A DNA stretch of 64,000 bases from Camelus dromedarius (Eukaryota), in assembly GCF_036321535.1 (NCBI RefSeq), contig NC_087437.1, positions 59,832,001 to 59,896,000 on the forward strand, in the 5' to 3' direction. Position numbers and translations under genes: made by a program. The notes under the pieces were generated by a model. It searched no databases. It was not told the DNA's origin and was given only the letters and a program-made list of their open reading frames with translations. Of this stretch, positions 1 to 12,032 are shown in pieces. Every line of letters begins with the position of its first letter. The first letter of the stretch is position 1.

Positions 1-2859
1 CACCCAAAGCCTGTTTGAGCTCCTGGGTGGGCGGTGCTAGCAGAGGACCACACATCAGGCTGCCGGGATCCCGCCCTCAGGGGGAGACACCAGGTAACTG
101 AAAACAGAGAGGGGGTACCTAGTACTGACCTGAACTAGAAGAGAGGCTGCTCGGGGTTATGACAAGAGAGAGTAAGCACTAAGGGCAGCTCTGGCCTGGG
201 AATCAGATCACGTGAGTGCAGACACCAGTTCTGCTGCTGATTAATTCTGTGACCCTGGGGAAATTATCTTACTTCTCTAAACCTCAGTTGTCTCATTTGT
301 TAAAGCGCAGATGACACGATGTGCCGCGTGAGGCTGTGACGCCGAGAAGACCAGGTAATGGGGAGACATATCTCACACACCCAGGCTGCATACGCTACAG
401 GGATCCTGGGTCTGCAGCGTAGGGGACTCGACTGAGCCTAAGGCAGTCAAGGAAGACGTGACAGAAACGGGGAGCTCGGCAGGGAGGAGGGGTGAAGTCA
501 CACTACCACCCATCCAGAGCTCTGGGCTCCATCCTTGGCTCTCCACCAGCCTTTCACGCTGGCCCAGCCATGGGGCATGATGCTGGGATGCTATCATGGA
601 AGCCCCCTGAAGACAGGGACCCCATCTTTGGCATCTCGGCCTCCATCCACTCACAGTGCAGGGCATGGCATTCAGTAAACGCTCAGGAACGTTTGTGGAG
701 CTCAATAGCCATCCTCTAAATTAGTGTATGAAGAAATCACAGCTTATGATTCAAGAAAAACTGTTTCATTTGTTCCTGTTATATTTTCCTTTGTGACACA
801 GAACCAAAACACGAGTTGGCATCCCATATGAGTTTTCCGAAAAAAGCAAGTGCCAGTAGGTGAGACTCCAGCTGCCCGGACCAGAGGACAGGGAGAGGGC
901 AGCAGGCTTCTCTCTGGCCCCGGCAGGAGCAGGTACAGGAGGACGGGCCCCCAGGCCAGGGTGACCCGGCGGCCGGCCTGCCTTCACACGGCCCACCCCA
1001 CACGTAAATGTGAGTAGAACTGCCGCTCTCCCTCCTGCACTGAAGACAACACTCAGGATGACCACCACCCAGAAACCAGGAACGGTGATGATCTGAGAGC
1101 CTGGAGGTCGAGAAGCCCTGCGGTGACGTGGCTGTCTCCCAGGGAGCTGCCTTAAACCAGGAAGGAGAAGAGAGGCCGCAGGCTGGAGTCTCAGTGCCCC
1201 TGCTGTTCTCAGGTGGCGCTGGGGAACAGAGGGAAGGAACCTGATGGTGACCTTAGGGAAGGACACTGTGTCCCAGGGGAGAATGCCCAGGCGTAAGAGT
1301 TGCAGCATCAAGAAGTCATGATGGGGAGGCCCCACCGCACACACCAGGCTCCAGCCCTCTCTCTCCTTTCTGTCCACCTCCTGTGCCCCGAGCTCCCACA
1401 TCCAGGGTCTCAGGCAGCTCTTCACGAAGTACAGCAGAGCCCTCATGAGACAGGGACAGGATGGCACCATCATCTGGAGCAGAGCAACCCCATCATAGCA
1501 GCAGAGAAGGACAAGGGTGCTTGACTTGGAGATGGGGTTCTCAGGGGTGTGTGGTGGCAGTTTTGTGGCGTCATCAGGGCTATGAAAGAAAGGGAAATTG
1601 CATCCTCACGGCCTTGCAAGTACTTCTGATAATATCAACGATGGCCACACAGAAGCACCTCTTCTCTGAGTGGTTTTTAAGTGTCCAGCACTATTACACA
1701 GGCAATAGCTTACTTCTCGTAACCACCCAAATGTTAAATGAAGTTATCCCCATGTTTGGATGAAGAAATAGAGGCTTAGAAAGGTGAAAAACAATAGTCC
1801 AAGGTCCCACAACAAACAAATGTCAGAGCTGGGATGTAAACCCAGGTCTGTTGGACTTGAAAGGCCAGCATCTCTTCCCAATACACCCTGAGTCTGCTTC
1901 TGGGCAGAGAGGAGCTCCAGGGAGGCAGATCTCAGCTCCAATACCACCCACACAGGGGGCCTGGGAGCACACGGAAGTGCCCAAGACCTTGATAGACAAA
2001 CAACAGAGCAACAACCTGGCTGAATGGGAATTACGGGGAAGTAAATGGTGATTTCACTATAATTAAAGAACTTCCTGATAGAGGGGCCATTCAGTCTGTC
2101 AATCAGTCATTCTTCCTTGAAAGCCTACCACGTGCTATGTGTACTCTCTGGTCTTTCAAGATCCTCTAAATCCTACTTCATCTGCCAGGAGCAGCCTCCT
2201 TCCCTGGCCTGCTGGACAGGCCCTGGGCAGAGCGCCGAGCTCAAGGACATCAGATGTCTCTTCCTGCATTTGGGCAGAGCCCTGGCCTTGTCTTCATAAG
2301 CCCCTCAATAAATCTGAGCACTTTCCCTGCCCTTTAGGGACTGGCTGGAAGAGAACTTGGGAAGGTCATCCACAGCCCTGAGACACAGGAATTTGAGATG
2401 CTTTAATATTTTTTGTAACTCCTCATTTGTAAAGCACCTTTCAGGAAAGGTTTCTTAAAATTGGTAACACTTCTTTCAAGAGGGACTTCAAATGAGGTTA
2501 ACCGATTAGGAAGGAGAGAGGCAGCAGCTCCAGCACGAAGTGACCCCTTCACACCACTGTGAAAGGACTGACCCTGCTGTCACCTCTGAAGCTGAGGCAG
2601 GAGGACACTCCCTTCTATTCAGGGAGGCCGACCGCCCCCAGTGCAGTCTGCACTGTCATGCAGGCGTCTGTCCAGACGGCTATCCTTTTATATAATTATG
2701 AAATAAGATGCCAAGTTGTAAATGTCAGCGATGAAAAGAGGAAGACGCTTACCAGGAATGCTGGAATTCATTAGGAGGAGATTTTTTAAAAGGGCCCTGT
2801 TCTTCTGGCCCCTGGTCCTTGATACAGTCATCTCTTTGTGAGAACTACACTCGGAGGGG

Positions 2860-2986
2860 TTTTTGGGTGGGGGAGGTAATTAGGTTAATTAATTAATTAA
2901 TTATTTAATGGAGGTACTGGGGATTGAACCCAGGACCTCATGAATGCTAGGCATGTGCTCTACCACTGAGCTAGACCTTCCCTCCC
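2860..2986 (-). mobile_element. Camelid tRNA-derived SINE (long form)
   Basis: Reverse complement reads gggaaggtctagctcagtggtagagcacatgcctagcattcatgaggtcctgggttcaatccccagtacctcc, with A and B boxes, a (TTAA)n linker and the cctaattacctccc tail. Imperfect flanking repeat cggaggggtttt / cggaaggtttt. Confidence 0.92.
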
Positions 2987-3787
2987 ATCCGGAAGGTTTT
3001 ACATATAACGCTGAAAGACTGTTCTGAGGATGAAACAAGACTGATATGCGGATGTGGCAGCCACAGTGATGGCCCAGAGAGGATGCTGGTTGGAGGACAG
3101 CCATAATGATAGCAGTAGGACCACTGAAACGTAAGGAATAAGCAGATGGGATAATCGCCCCCAAAGCAAAGAGGAGATGAAATCTACAAAGCATGGGAAA
3201 GAATGTCTGAGAAAAAGGAGGACTAGTCAGCTACAAAACTCAAATCAATGGCTGACACCTAAGGCTGGTTGAATGTCTACTAGGTCAGAATCCCATGGGA
3301 AGATAGCAAAAAGGTAAAGGACAGAATGATCTAGGATAACGGATTTGACAAGAGAACCTGATAATAACTGAGGCCAATATGCTCATTGCACAGATGGGGA
3401 AAGTGAGGACCAAAGAAGAAGAGGGACTTGTCAGGGACCACACAGTCAGGCTAAGTGGCAAAGCTGATCCCAGAGCTCAGGTCTTCTGACTCTCTAGCCA
3501 AGGCTCTCATAATAATTAGCTCTCCTCCCTCATGGACCAGGGACTCCTAGGGAGCAGAAGACATTGTGCAATGGCCCAAAGGGTCGCGCACAACACTTGC
3601 CAGGCGCCCGACACAATTAGCTCACAGAGGATCAGCATATCATCCCATGAAAATGTAAACCTGAAGACTGATAAGCAGTAACCAAAGAAAAGAAAGAGAC
3701 TTTCACGATCCACACACTTTATAGCCAGATTTTGGAGATGAGAAAATGGCTCTCCATATTCTCACATAAACATCAGGCAGTGTTTAA

Positions 3788-3808
3788 AACAACAACAACA
3801 ACAACAAC
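3788..3808. repeat. (AAC)n microsatellite
   Basis: aacaacaacaacaacaacaac. Confidence 0.9.
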
Positions 3809-4164
3809 TTCACATTCCTCTAAGACAAGGCCTTGAGCTGTGCTAAATTCAAAGGGAGGCAGGAACCTTACTTAGCTTCCAGGAGCCACCCATGGAGACG
3901 CAAGCTCAGTGCCTGGTGTGAGGCCACAGCAACCAGGAGTCAAACACCGTCTGCCCCACTGCCCAGCATCCCCTGCTCTAGTCAGACGGGTGCCCTCTTG
4001 GGAATGTTTTGCTGCTACATCCAGTTAGCTGTGTGAGGGGCATTCCAACCAGCCACTCAGACTTAAAATCTTCTCATGTACGTATTTAAATCACAAAACA
4101 AGAACTGAAGTGTCAGTGTGTGCCTGTGTCATTCTCGCAGGTAGAAGGAAGCTTGGCTCATGTG

Positions 4165-4990
4165 TTGGAGAAAGGCCTGTGTGTGCACCTGGTGTCTGAG
4201 GAACACATTTGTTGCTGGTCATCCTCTTCAGAGGAGTTCAACTCCATGATGCTGGCTGCCCAGGCCTCTTGGTAGATGATGGAACCTAGAAGAGCTTCCA
4301 GCATTCCCACTTCATGGGTCCGCAGTTGGAGCTTTAAGCGCTGATTTCCACAGAGGGCGACAGTTTGGCAAAAGAGCAGGCAAGCTGACCTGGATATTTC
4401 AGGAAACAAAAGAACTGCTGCCTACAAGTTACAGGAAGGTGGTTCAGGGGTCCTGGATGAAACCCCAAACCACAAAAATATGAATGTGTGACCACAAGAT
4501 AGGACCCACTGAAGTATGTCAACTCAAACTGCGAAAAGATGCTCAGGATGTAGGTGGGCTCTTTGGTCTGGACATACTTCCACTTGAACTTCAACTCCAG
4601 GGTATAAAGTAAAAATGTGGTACCATCTTCACAAGGGGGCAGATCTGCGCGCCACATCCTCTCACGTGCCAGTTTCAGGCTAACCCAATGGTGCTGCTTG
4701 ATTCTAACAAGTTGGAAAAGTAAAGACAAGATCCCACGTGCTGTCTCGAGACGCGCTTTCAAGAGCTTCAAGATGCCATTACTATCATCCCCACCTTGGC
4801 CCTGGATGGCACTGAGGAGGTTCCAACTGCAGGGCAGGCATCTCTGCACACATGCACTGCAGAAGGCAACGTCCACAGCCTTAGAACCAACTGGGAGGCT
4901 CCCAAGTCAACACTCCCCAGTGGAAACAGGCTTGGGACAGCTCATCATCAGCCTCCAGTTAAATTAGGCACAAGGCATGTCATCTGACCA
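4165..4990 (+). mobile_element. Ancient RTE-clade LINE fossil (MamRTE1/L4-like), RT C-terminal and thumb region
   Basis: Plus-strand conceptual translation gives RTE ORF2-like motifs in the expected order: EFNSMMLAA, LLVDD (4272-4280, YADD-like), LDISGNKRT, LVW..L.F..RV*SKNVVPS, QWCCLILTSWKSKDKIP..V.RRA, LRRFQLQGRHL, GRLPSQ. Interrupted by stops and frameshifts. Confidence 0.6.
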
Positions 4991-7864
4991 TGGATGGAAT
5001 TACAACCCAGAGTGACTAATTAATGATACCCCAAAACAAACAAAAGGATAAAAAAAAAAAACCTCCTTTCCTCCCCCTTCCTTTCTCCTATCCGCACACA
5101 GGAACAATTCCTGGTAGACACAACTTACCACACACAAAACAAAATAGGTCAGGAAATGATGGAAACATAAGACGTGCTTAGGTAAGCACTGGGCCCGGCA
5201 TCCTGGGCAGATTAACCATGCAAGTGCCTTCTCTCCCTTTCTGTTTTGAAGGAACATCAGAGCTTCCCGGAGATAAATATTTATAACACATCAGAGAGCT
5301 CTCACTTCAGAACCCAAGCTTTCCACTAAGCGGGAGGGGTATGGGGAGGAAGGGAAATTATGACGACCCCGAGCTATGCAGGGTGTCATGGGGCCGAAGA
5401 CCCGGAAGCAGCTGCCTGGAAAGGGAGCGCGACTTCTCACTGTCCGCTTGGCCAGGCTGCAGCAATCTGCCACCTGCTTTATCATCCTCTGGAGCTTGGT
5501 GATTGCTGCTCAGCAGCACCTCTGGCCTCCAGGAGCCAAAGGGCAACTGAAGGGGGTGGACACTTCCTCTAAGGGTAAGAGGCTCGTGACCAGGAAGAGA
5601 CAGCCAATGTGCCATGCCAGCCACTCCAAGCCTGGTTTCTCCCGCAGGAGGGCCTCTGGCCCTGCGTGACGGAGGGCCTGCCTTTGCATTGTACAGACCC
5701 AAGCTGTGTCCCCGAGGGGGTCCCAGGGTGGAATGGGCTGGGGTGGTTTCACATCCAACAGGGGGAAACTTGGGTCACCTCTCAGCTGGGCTCTTCCCCA
5801 TCCTTCAGAGCTCCTTCTCCATTCTCTTCGCCATCTAAGGCCCAGCTGCAGGACAGCTGGCTAACTATGGGAAAAGCTGGCACAGAGGAACACAGTGGAA
5901 CATGCCAAGGGTCCAAGGGCTCAGATTCCTGGGGCTCCTCCAGCCTGGTCAGCCAAATGCTCCCTCCCTCAGAGCAGGGAGAGGGTGTCTGTGCCAGGCC
6001 CGGGCTGGGGCTTGACAATTACAGACTCAGCGCACGAGCCTCCACTACGCTCTGCTGGGTGGGTACAAGGACCTCCTGTCTTCAAGTGAGGACGCTGAGG
6101 CTCAGAGAATTTGGGTGACTTGTCTAGGACAACCTGGCAAAGAAGCGTCGGAGTTCAGAGCAAACACTGATTTGCCTCATACAGTTTTCTGAGAAAAGCC
6201 TTCAGACATCTCTGAAGTCCCTTTTCAAATTCCACTATCTTAAAAACAAGAAATCCTGCCACATCAAAGGCGAAAAGACCAGACAGCTGAGAGCACCTCG
6301 GGCAGTGACTGGGGCTTCCAGGGAAGAGAAGGGGGGCCCCACTTCCCACAGCCCCCTCCCTCAAGATCCCATCCTCAAGGAACTTGAAGGCTATTGGGGT
6401 TCCATCTCACTGAGCAGGGGCCAATGGAGAAGTTTCAGGAAAAAAATTCTCAAAGTTTCATGCCACAAAAGTAAGCTGAAGGGAAGTCCTGAAGGCCCAC
6501 GCTTGCTCCTCAGCCCCAGGCCTCCCTGCCTCCAGGTCCCTGGAGGCCGGACACAGGCAGCCCTCAGGTCCGCAGGCTCTGCTCAGTCGGGAAGCCCTCC
6601 AAGATAATCGATGTTTTCCACATGCGCAGCGGCCCCCTCCCCCGAGGGAGGAAGGTAAGGGAAAGGAAACAGGGCTCAGAGAATGATTTACAGAATCTGT
6701 TAGCTGCTCTGGTGACAGGCTTTGGGGCCAAGAGGTTGGAATTAATGACCACAGTCGGTGTTATGTGTTAGCTACACAACAAATTCTTTCTTCAAGCCCC
6801 ACTCACCCTTCTCAGAATTAAGCATGGAATGTTAGCTACGGCTCAGCCATAACATTTTTTTACAACTATCAGCTCCTGTTTTGTGGACAAAGTATGACAA
6901 AAAAACATGGTTTTTGCTTCAGCGACGGTGTAACATGAGTCTCCTCCCTCACCCTTAACACCTTCTGTGACTTGGTATAAATCACATCCTTTAGGGTAGA
7001 ACAGAATTTATTTCGAACTTGGCTAAAAACCTTTAGGGACATATATTAGAGGAGGACACATAAAACACCTGGTCTCAATTTTCCCCTCACTTCCATTGCT
7101 AGTATGAAATTCTAGCTCATGTACTTTTTGTGAAGTTCAAGATGCAGGGGAAACTGAATGTTAGATTTGAAAAGAAGAATGTCCCCTTTCTTCCATTTCT
7201 ATGAGGTGGACGTCTGCGGTCCCTGCTGGCCTCTCCACAGCTTTTAGCTCTCCAGTCTTTGCTACAGACTTTATTTCTTGTCTCTAAACGTGTAAGCGAT
7301 CCTTCCTATTTAGGTTAGGGCCACACTCTGACTTTGTTCACCAGCACTGACACTATGCCTGCTCTTCACTAGCAAGCTTTCTTCACAGACCCCTGAGGAT
7401 GGCAGCTGTAGAAAGCAGTCCTCTTTGGGCAGAGGTCTGCCCAAGAGGTCAAAGCCCAACTTTGCAAATTCCTCATTCTGAGGTTCTTTACTAGAAGTAT
7501 GGGGGCTCCTGTTTCTAATCTCACCCACCCTCTCTCTTTACATCTTCTGGCCACTCCTCCCTCTGTACTGGCACTTGAACCTACCCCATACCTATGGATT
7601 CGGTGCAGAATTCAGAAAAATAACAAAGGTTTTGTCGCGATGCCTTGCAGTTCCTCATCCCCGTCCTCTGCCCTGACATATGCCTCTGCCCCTGGGCCTG
7701 GCCAGCCCTCCCCCTTTGGTTTACTTAGATGACAATGACAATAACAGGGCTGATTCCTTGTATTTTACACCAATGCTCCAAGTGCATTCTCAGCTCACAA
7801 AACTCTTTCCCAAGCTTTAGCTCATTTAATCCTTACAAAGACCTAGGGGGCAGGCACACCTGTG

Positions 7865-8290
7865 TGGATTGGGTCCAATGCCACGTAACAAAAGACCTAA
7901 ACTAACAATGGCTTAACACACATAGGACCGTAGCTACGCTATCCAGGGATGGTGTGGCCACTTTGTGAAGTTGTCAAGGATCCAGGCTCCTTCTACCTTT
8001 TCATTCTGCTATCCTAGATCTGGTTTCCATCCTCAAGGTCACCTCATGGTTCAAGATAGCTACTGATGCTCCAGCCAACTTGGTTGCATCCCAGTCAACA
8101 GAAAGGTCAAAGGGAAAAGGACCTCTGCCCTCTTTGCCCCCTGCAATAAGGCAGAATGTTTAAGCAACCTTCCTGGGGGTCCTTAATATTTCTTCTTATG
8201 TCACACCAGACAAAGTTTAGTCACATGGCCACATCTAGCTACAAGGGAAGCTGTGAAATGTATTATATTACTGGGCATAATACTACTCCC
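7865..8290. mobile_element. MaLR LTR (MLT1-type) fragment
   Basis: Typical MLT1 motifs: aacaatggcttaa, gatccaggctccttcta, caagatagct...gctccagcc, gtcacatggccacatctagctacaagggaagctg. Confidence 0.75.
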
Positions 8291-10199
8291 AAATAAATGC
8301 GATTCAGCTAAAAATGAAAAAGGAGAGAACACAGTAGCAACTAGCAGTAGTTCCACAACAGGCAGGCATTAATTCCACCCATTCTGCAGATGAAGAAATA
8401 GAGGCCCAAAGAGATTAGGTTTTGCTAAGGTCACATGGTCAAAAACGGCAACACAGGAACTAAGTCCATGTCATCTGACCCACACGCAGACCCCTCTTCC
8501 TGGCTCACCAAGTCCCCTCACCGCAGAAGCCACTAGCATGTTCTTGCTGCTCACCTTCCAGATCTCTGTTCAGCCCTCACCTGCTCCGAGCTGGCCAGGC
8601 ACTGAGACCTGCCCCTGCCAGTCCTGGGCTGCCATCCCAAAGGACTCTCATCCTTTGTCGCCTGCCTCACACCTCTCTCCCTGCCTGGCTCCTTGCCCTA
8701 TGTCCCCACGTGTCTCCTCGAATCCAGGCGTGGTCACTAGTAAGGTGAGCTAAGCCAGAGACAGCCAGACTCCAGCAAGCTGGGCCACATCCCCAAACTC
8801 CTCTGTAATGCCCATGGGAGTTCTGTGAGCAGGATGCCTCACTCGGGGGCACTCCCTCGAGGACGGCTGACATCTCCTAGCATTGTTTCCGGTGGTGAGC
8901 CTCTTGTGTGGCCGGCGCCTAGTTCCATTCCAACACTGAGAGCACATTTCCTGCACGTTGCCTGGCTGTCTGCTTGCACAGGAGGCTGACCCACACTGAC
9001 AACGACACTAAGCCAGCACAGGCAGTTCTGCTCTCAAGGTCCCCACACCCTGGCCACTTTTGTCATGTCACTAATAAAAAGGCTTCTGTATTTCAGTAGC
9101 AGCGCTTCCTGGAGGGAACAATGGATCCGCCCCTCTTTCCTAAGGCTGATCTGCTCGAGGCCCCTTTATCCAGCAGGCTCGTCCTTCTCAAACAGGGTCT
9201 CGCAGCCCACCACCCTCCTCAGACCCCAGGCTGTGGGCCTCCAGCCTCCTCTCTAGCGGAACACAGCAGAAAGACCTGCAACCACGAGTGAGCAGGCACT
9301 GCCGAGATGCTCACACCAGGAGCGAGGGTGGATCGGGCAGAGAACAGCCAACTTCTCCTCTGGGGAGAAGGCCTACCCTCCGGGACACACCCAACTCTTC
9401 CCTAAGCTGAGGAGAGGCCCCACATCACCCTTATGCCCAGAAATCCACATGACAGCAACCTGCAAGGAGAAAAACTAGTTTCTCCACTTTATGAACCCAG
9501 AAATGCCTCTCTGAGATTTTTATGGGAAGAACTACCCATCCCCTTACCTTTTGAAGCAGGAGAAAATATATCTTTTCTTCTTTCTTAAAGATTAAAAGGT
9601 TTTAGTCTTTTCAGGAGGAACACCTGTTACCCTGTGACGGTTTGCAAACTGAATGGCCAGTGGTCAAAAGCCTCTTGCGGTTTCCTGCCTCCTGAGTCAG
9701 GCCTCCTGAAAAAATGTCATTTTATTTTGATTTTCATGCTACGTTAAAAAAAAATGAATCATTTATCATCATCTATAAAATAATATGGTTCCCATACACC
9801 TGGAAACTAGGTGATGAACTAGGGAATTTTTACATATTTTACCTCATTTAATCCTCACAAGTAGGGTTTATTACTCCCATTTTATAATTTTCTCCCACCG
9901 AAGGTACAGTCTACGTTTCATTGCTTTTATCCCTGTTTACCAGGATAAGAGGAGCCCCTCCTACTATGACTCTAATAAGATTACCCAAGAACATGGAAAA
10001 GTCAAGACTGGCCCCTGTGCTGGGCGTCCAGACTCCAAGTTTCATTAGAAACCCTCTTTATAACCTGTTCCCATCACAGACACAATTAAAAAGATTCTAC
10101 CAAACTATGCTTAAGCACTGATTGATTCATTTCCCCATTTTAATTAAATTTTAATTTCATTTAATTCAGTTTCTAGTTTTTAATTAAATAAAGTTTATT

Positions 10200-10720
10200 T
10201 GTTTTAAAAAAGACATAAAATATAATGCCAAATTGACATAATTGCAGATGAAAGAAAAAAAAAGATGTAACCTCTAAATATTTCAGTATGTACTTGCTAT
10301 GAAACAAGGACACTCTCATAATAACAGTACAACCATCAAACCCAGGAAATTAACACTAATACATCAGTCCCATTTAATCTACAGTCCCATTCAAAATGTA
10401 TCAATTGTCCAAAGACAAAAACAAAATTTCTGCTCTAGGATGGCATGATTGTCACATCTCTTTAATCTGAAATATTTCCTCAGGCTTTCCTCATCTTCCA
10501 AGACCTGGGACAATTTGAGGATCACAGCCCAATTATTGAGTAAAATTTCCCCCTTTTTGGGTTTGCTAATGGTTCCTCCTGATTAGATTCAGGTTACACA
10601 TCTCTGTCAAGAACAGCACAGAAGTGATGCTGGGTTCTTCTCACTCTATCATATCAGGAGCATGGCATGTCAATTTGTCCCATTACTGGCGATATGAATT
10701 TTGATCCCTTGTTTTTTAAA
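10200..10720 (-). mobile_element. Old L1 (L1MC-like) 3' fragment
   Basis: Contains aaatatttcagtatg, aaacccaggaaattaacac, gattagattcaggtta, cacagaagtgatgctg, ttgtcccattactgg, characteristic of the antisense L1MC 3' UTR. Confidence 0.75.
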
Positions 10721-11496
10721 ACAAGTAATACAATGTGCTCTGCCTTATTTAATAAAATGTGAATTTAGGGACCCTGGGCAAGTATGAGTGGGCAGTGCAC
10801 TGGGTTAGAGCCCTGGCTGATGGGCCTGACTCTGCCACTGTGTCCGGCCTTGGACAAGCCACTTCCCCTCTGGGCATTAGTCTTCCTAGACTATAAAAGA
10901 CAAAGGGTCTCCAAGACCCCTCCCAGCCCTGCCTCCTTGTGACTCTGAAGAGGGGTGGCCTTTTTCCCCAGCTCATAACCCCGGTGCTTGTTCTGAGAAT
11001 AGCAGGTATATTCAGGTACACAAGATACACACACTGTGTTGACTTCAGCCACGCCAAGTCAAGCAGGCCATAAAGTCCCTACTGTGTGCCCAGTACTATG
11101 CTAAGTATGGAGGAGGTTCAGAAATGAATGACATCGTTCACAGCAGCAAAAAAATGCAAATTTAGTAGGATTTTCATTACACAGCCTCTGCTGCTGCCCC
11201 AGCTGCTTCCAATGCTTCCTTATTCCCATTCCCCAAACTACTAAATATTCTAACACTTACTTAGTACCTACCAAGTGCCAGACGCTGGAATACTTCCGTA
11301 TCTCCAAATTTCCATTTAACAAATGTAGGAAACAAAGGTTTATAGTAGCCAAATAACTTGCCCAAGGTCAGTCAACACGGCTGGAGAGTGACTAAGCAGG
11401 AATGCACGCCAGGCCTGTCGGCCCTGGAGTCTGAGCTCTTTAGCCTCATTGTGCTCCCTCTAAACAGCTTTACCTTGAAATCAGCCCACAGCCCGT

Positions 11497-12032
11497 GCCA
11501 GTTATCTATAGCTGCATAACAAACCAGCCCAACATTTAGTGGCTTAAAACAGTGTATGATGATCCCCCCATGGGTCTGGGTCAGCTCAGCTCAGCTGGGC
11601 AGTCCTCACCTGGGGTCGGTCCCCCATGTGGATACCAGGAAACGGCGAACAAGGCTGCAGTCTCCCAAAGGCTCGGCCAGGCTGGACAGCCACACCCCAC
11701 ATATTGCCAGCAGGTGACGCTGGCTGTCGGCAAAAAGCTCAGCCAGGGCTGTCAGCCAGACACTTTCGTGTGGGCTCCCCCGGGGCTTTGGCTTCTCCCA
11801 GCAGGGCAGCTGGGTTCCAAAAGGGAGCTTGCCAAGGGACCCAGCTGAAACTGCACAGGGCACCTGAGGACTGAGCCTCAGAAGTCAGGCTCCATCACTT
11901 CCACTATAACCTATTCATCAAAAACAAGCCACGAGCCTGCCCAAATTCCAAGAGCGGGGATGGCACCTGGGTGTGAATTCCAGGAGGCGTGGCTCCTTAG
12001 GAGGTCATCTTTGGAGACCAGCTCATCCTATA
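11497..12032. mobile_element. MaLR LTR (MLT1F/G/H-like)
   Basis: Starts cagttatctatagctgcataacaaaccagcccaacatttagtggcttaaaac and ends gtgaattccaggaggcgtgg...gtcatctttggagacc. Confidence 0.8.

Noticed and set aside
766..1473. 235-aa minus-strand ORF
   Set aside because: Low-complexity Pro/Gly/Leu/Arg-rich composition typical of chance ORFs in GC-rich intron; no recognisable domain.
4345..4363. CTCF-like motif ccacagagggcgac (similar words near 1948, 12963 and 57927)
   Set aside because: Only partial matches to the CTCF core; not distinguishable from chance without a PWM scan or ChIP data.
4334..4876. 180-aa minus-strand ORF as a processed pseudogene or nested gene
   Set aside because: Better explained as the antisense shadow of the plus-strand RTE-like reading frame; no poly(A), TSD or recognisable cellular protein.
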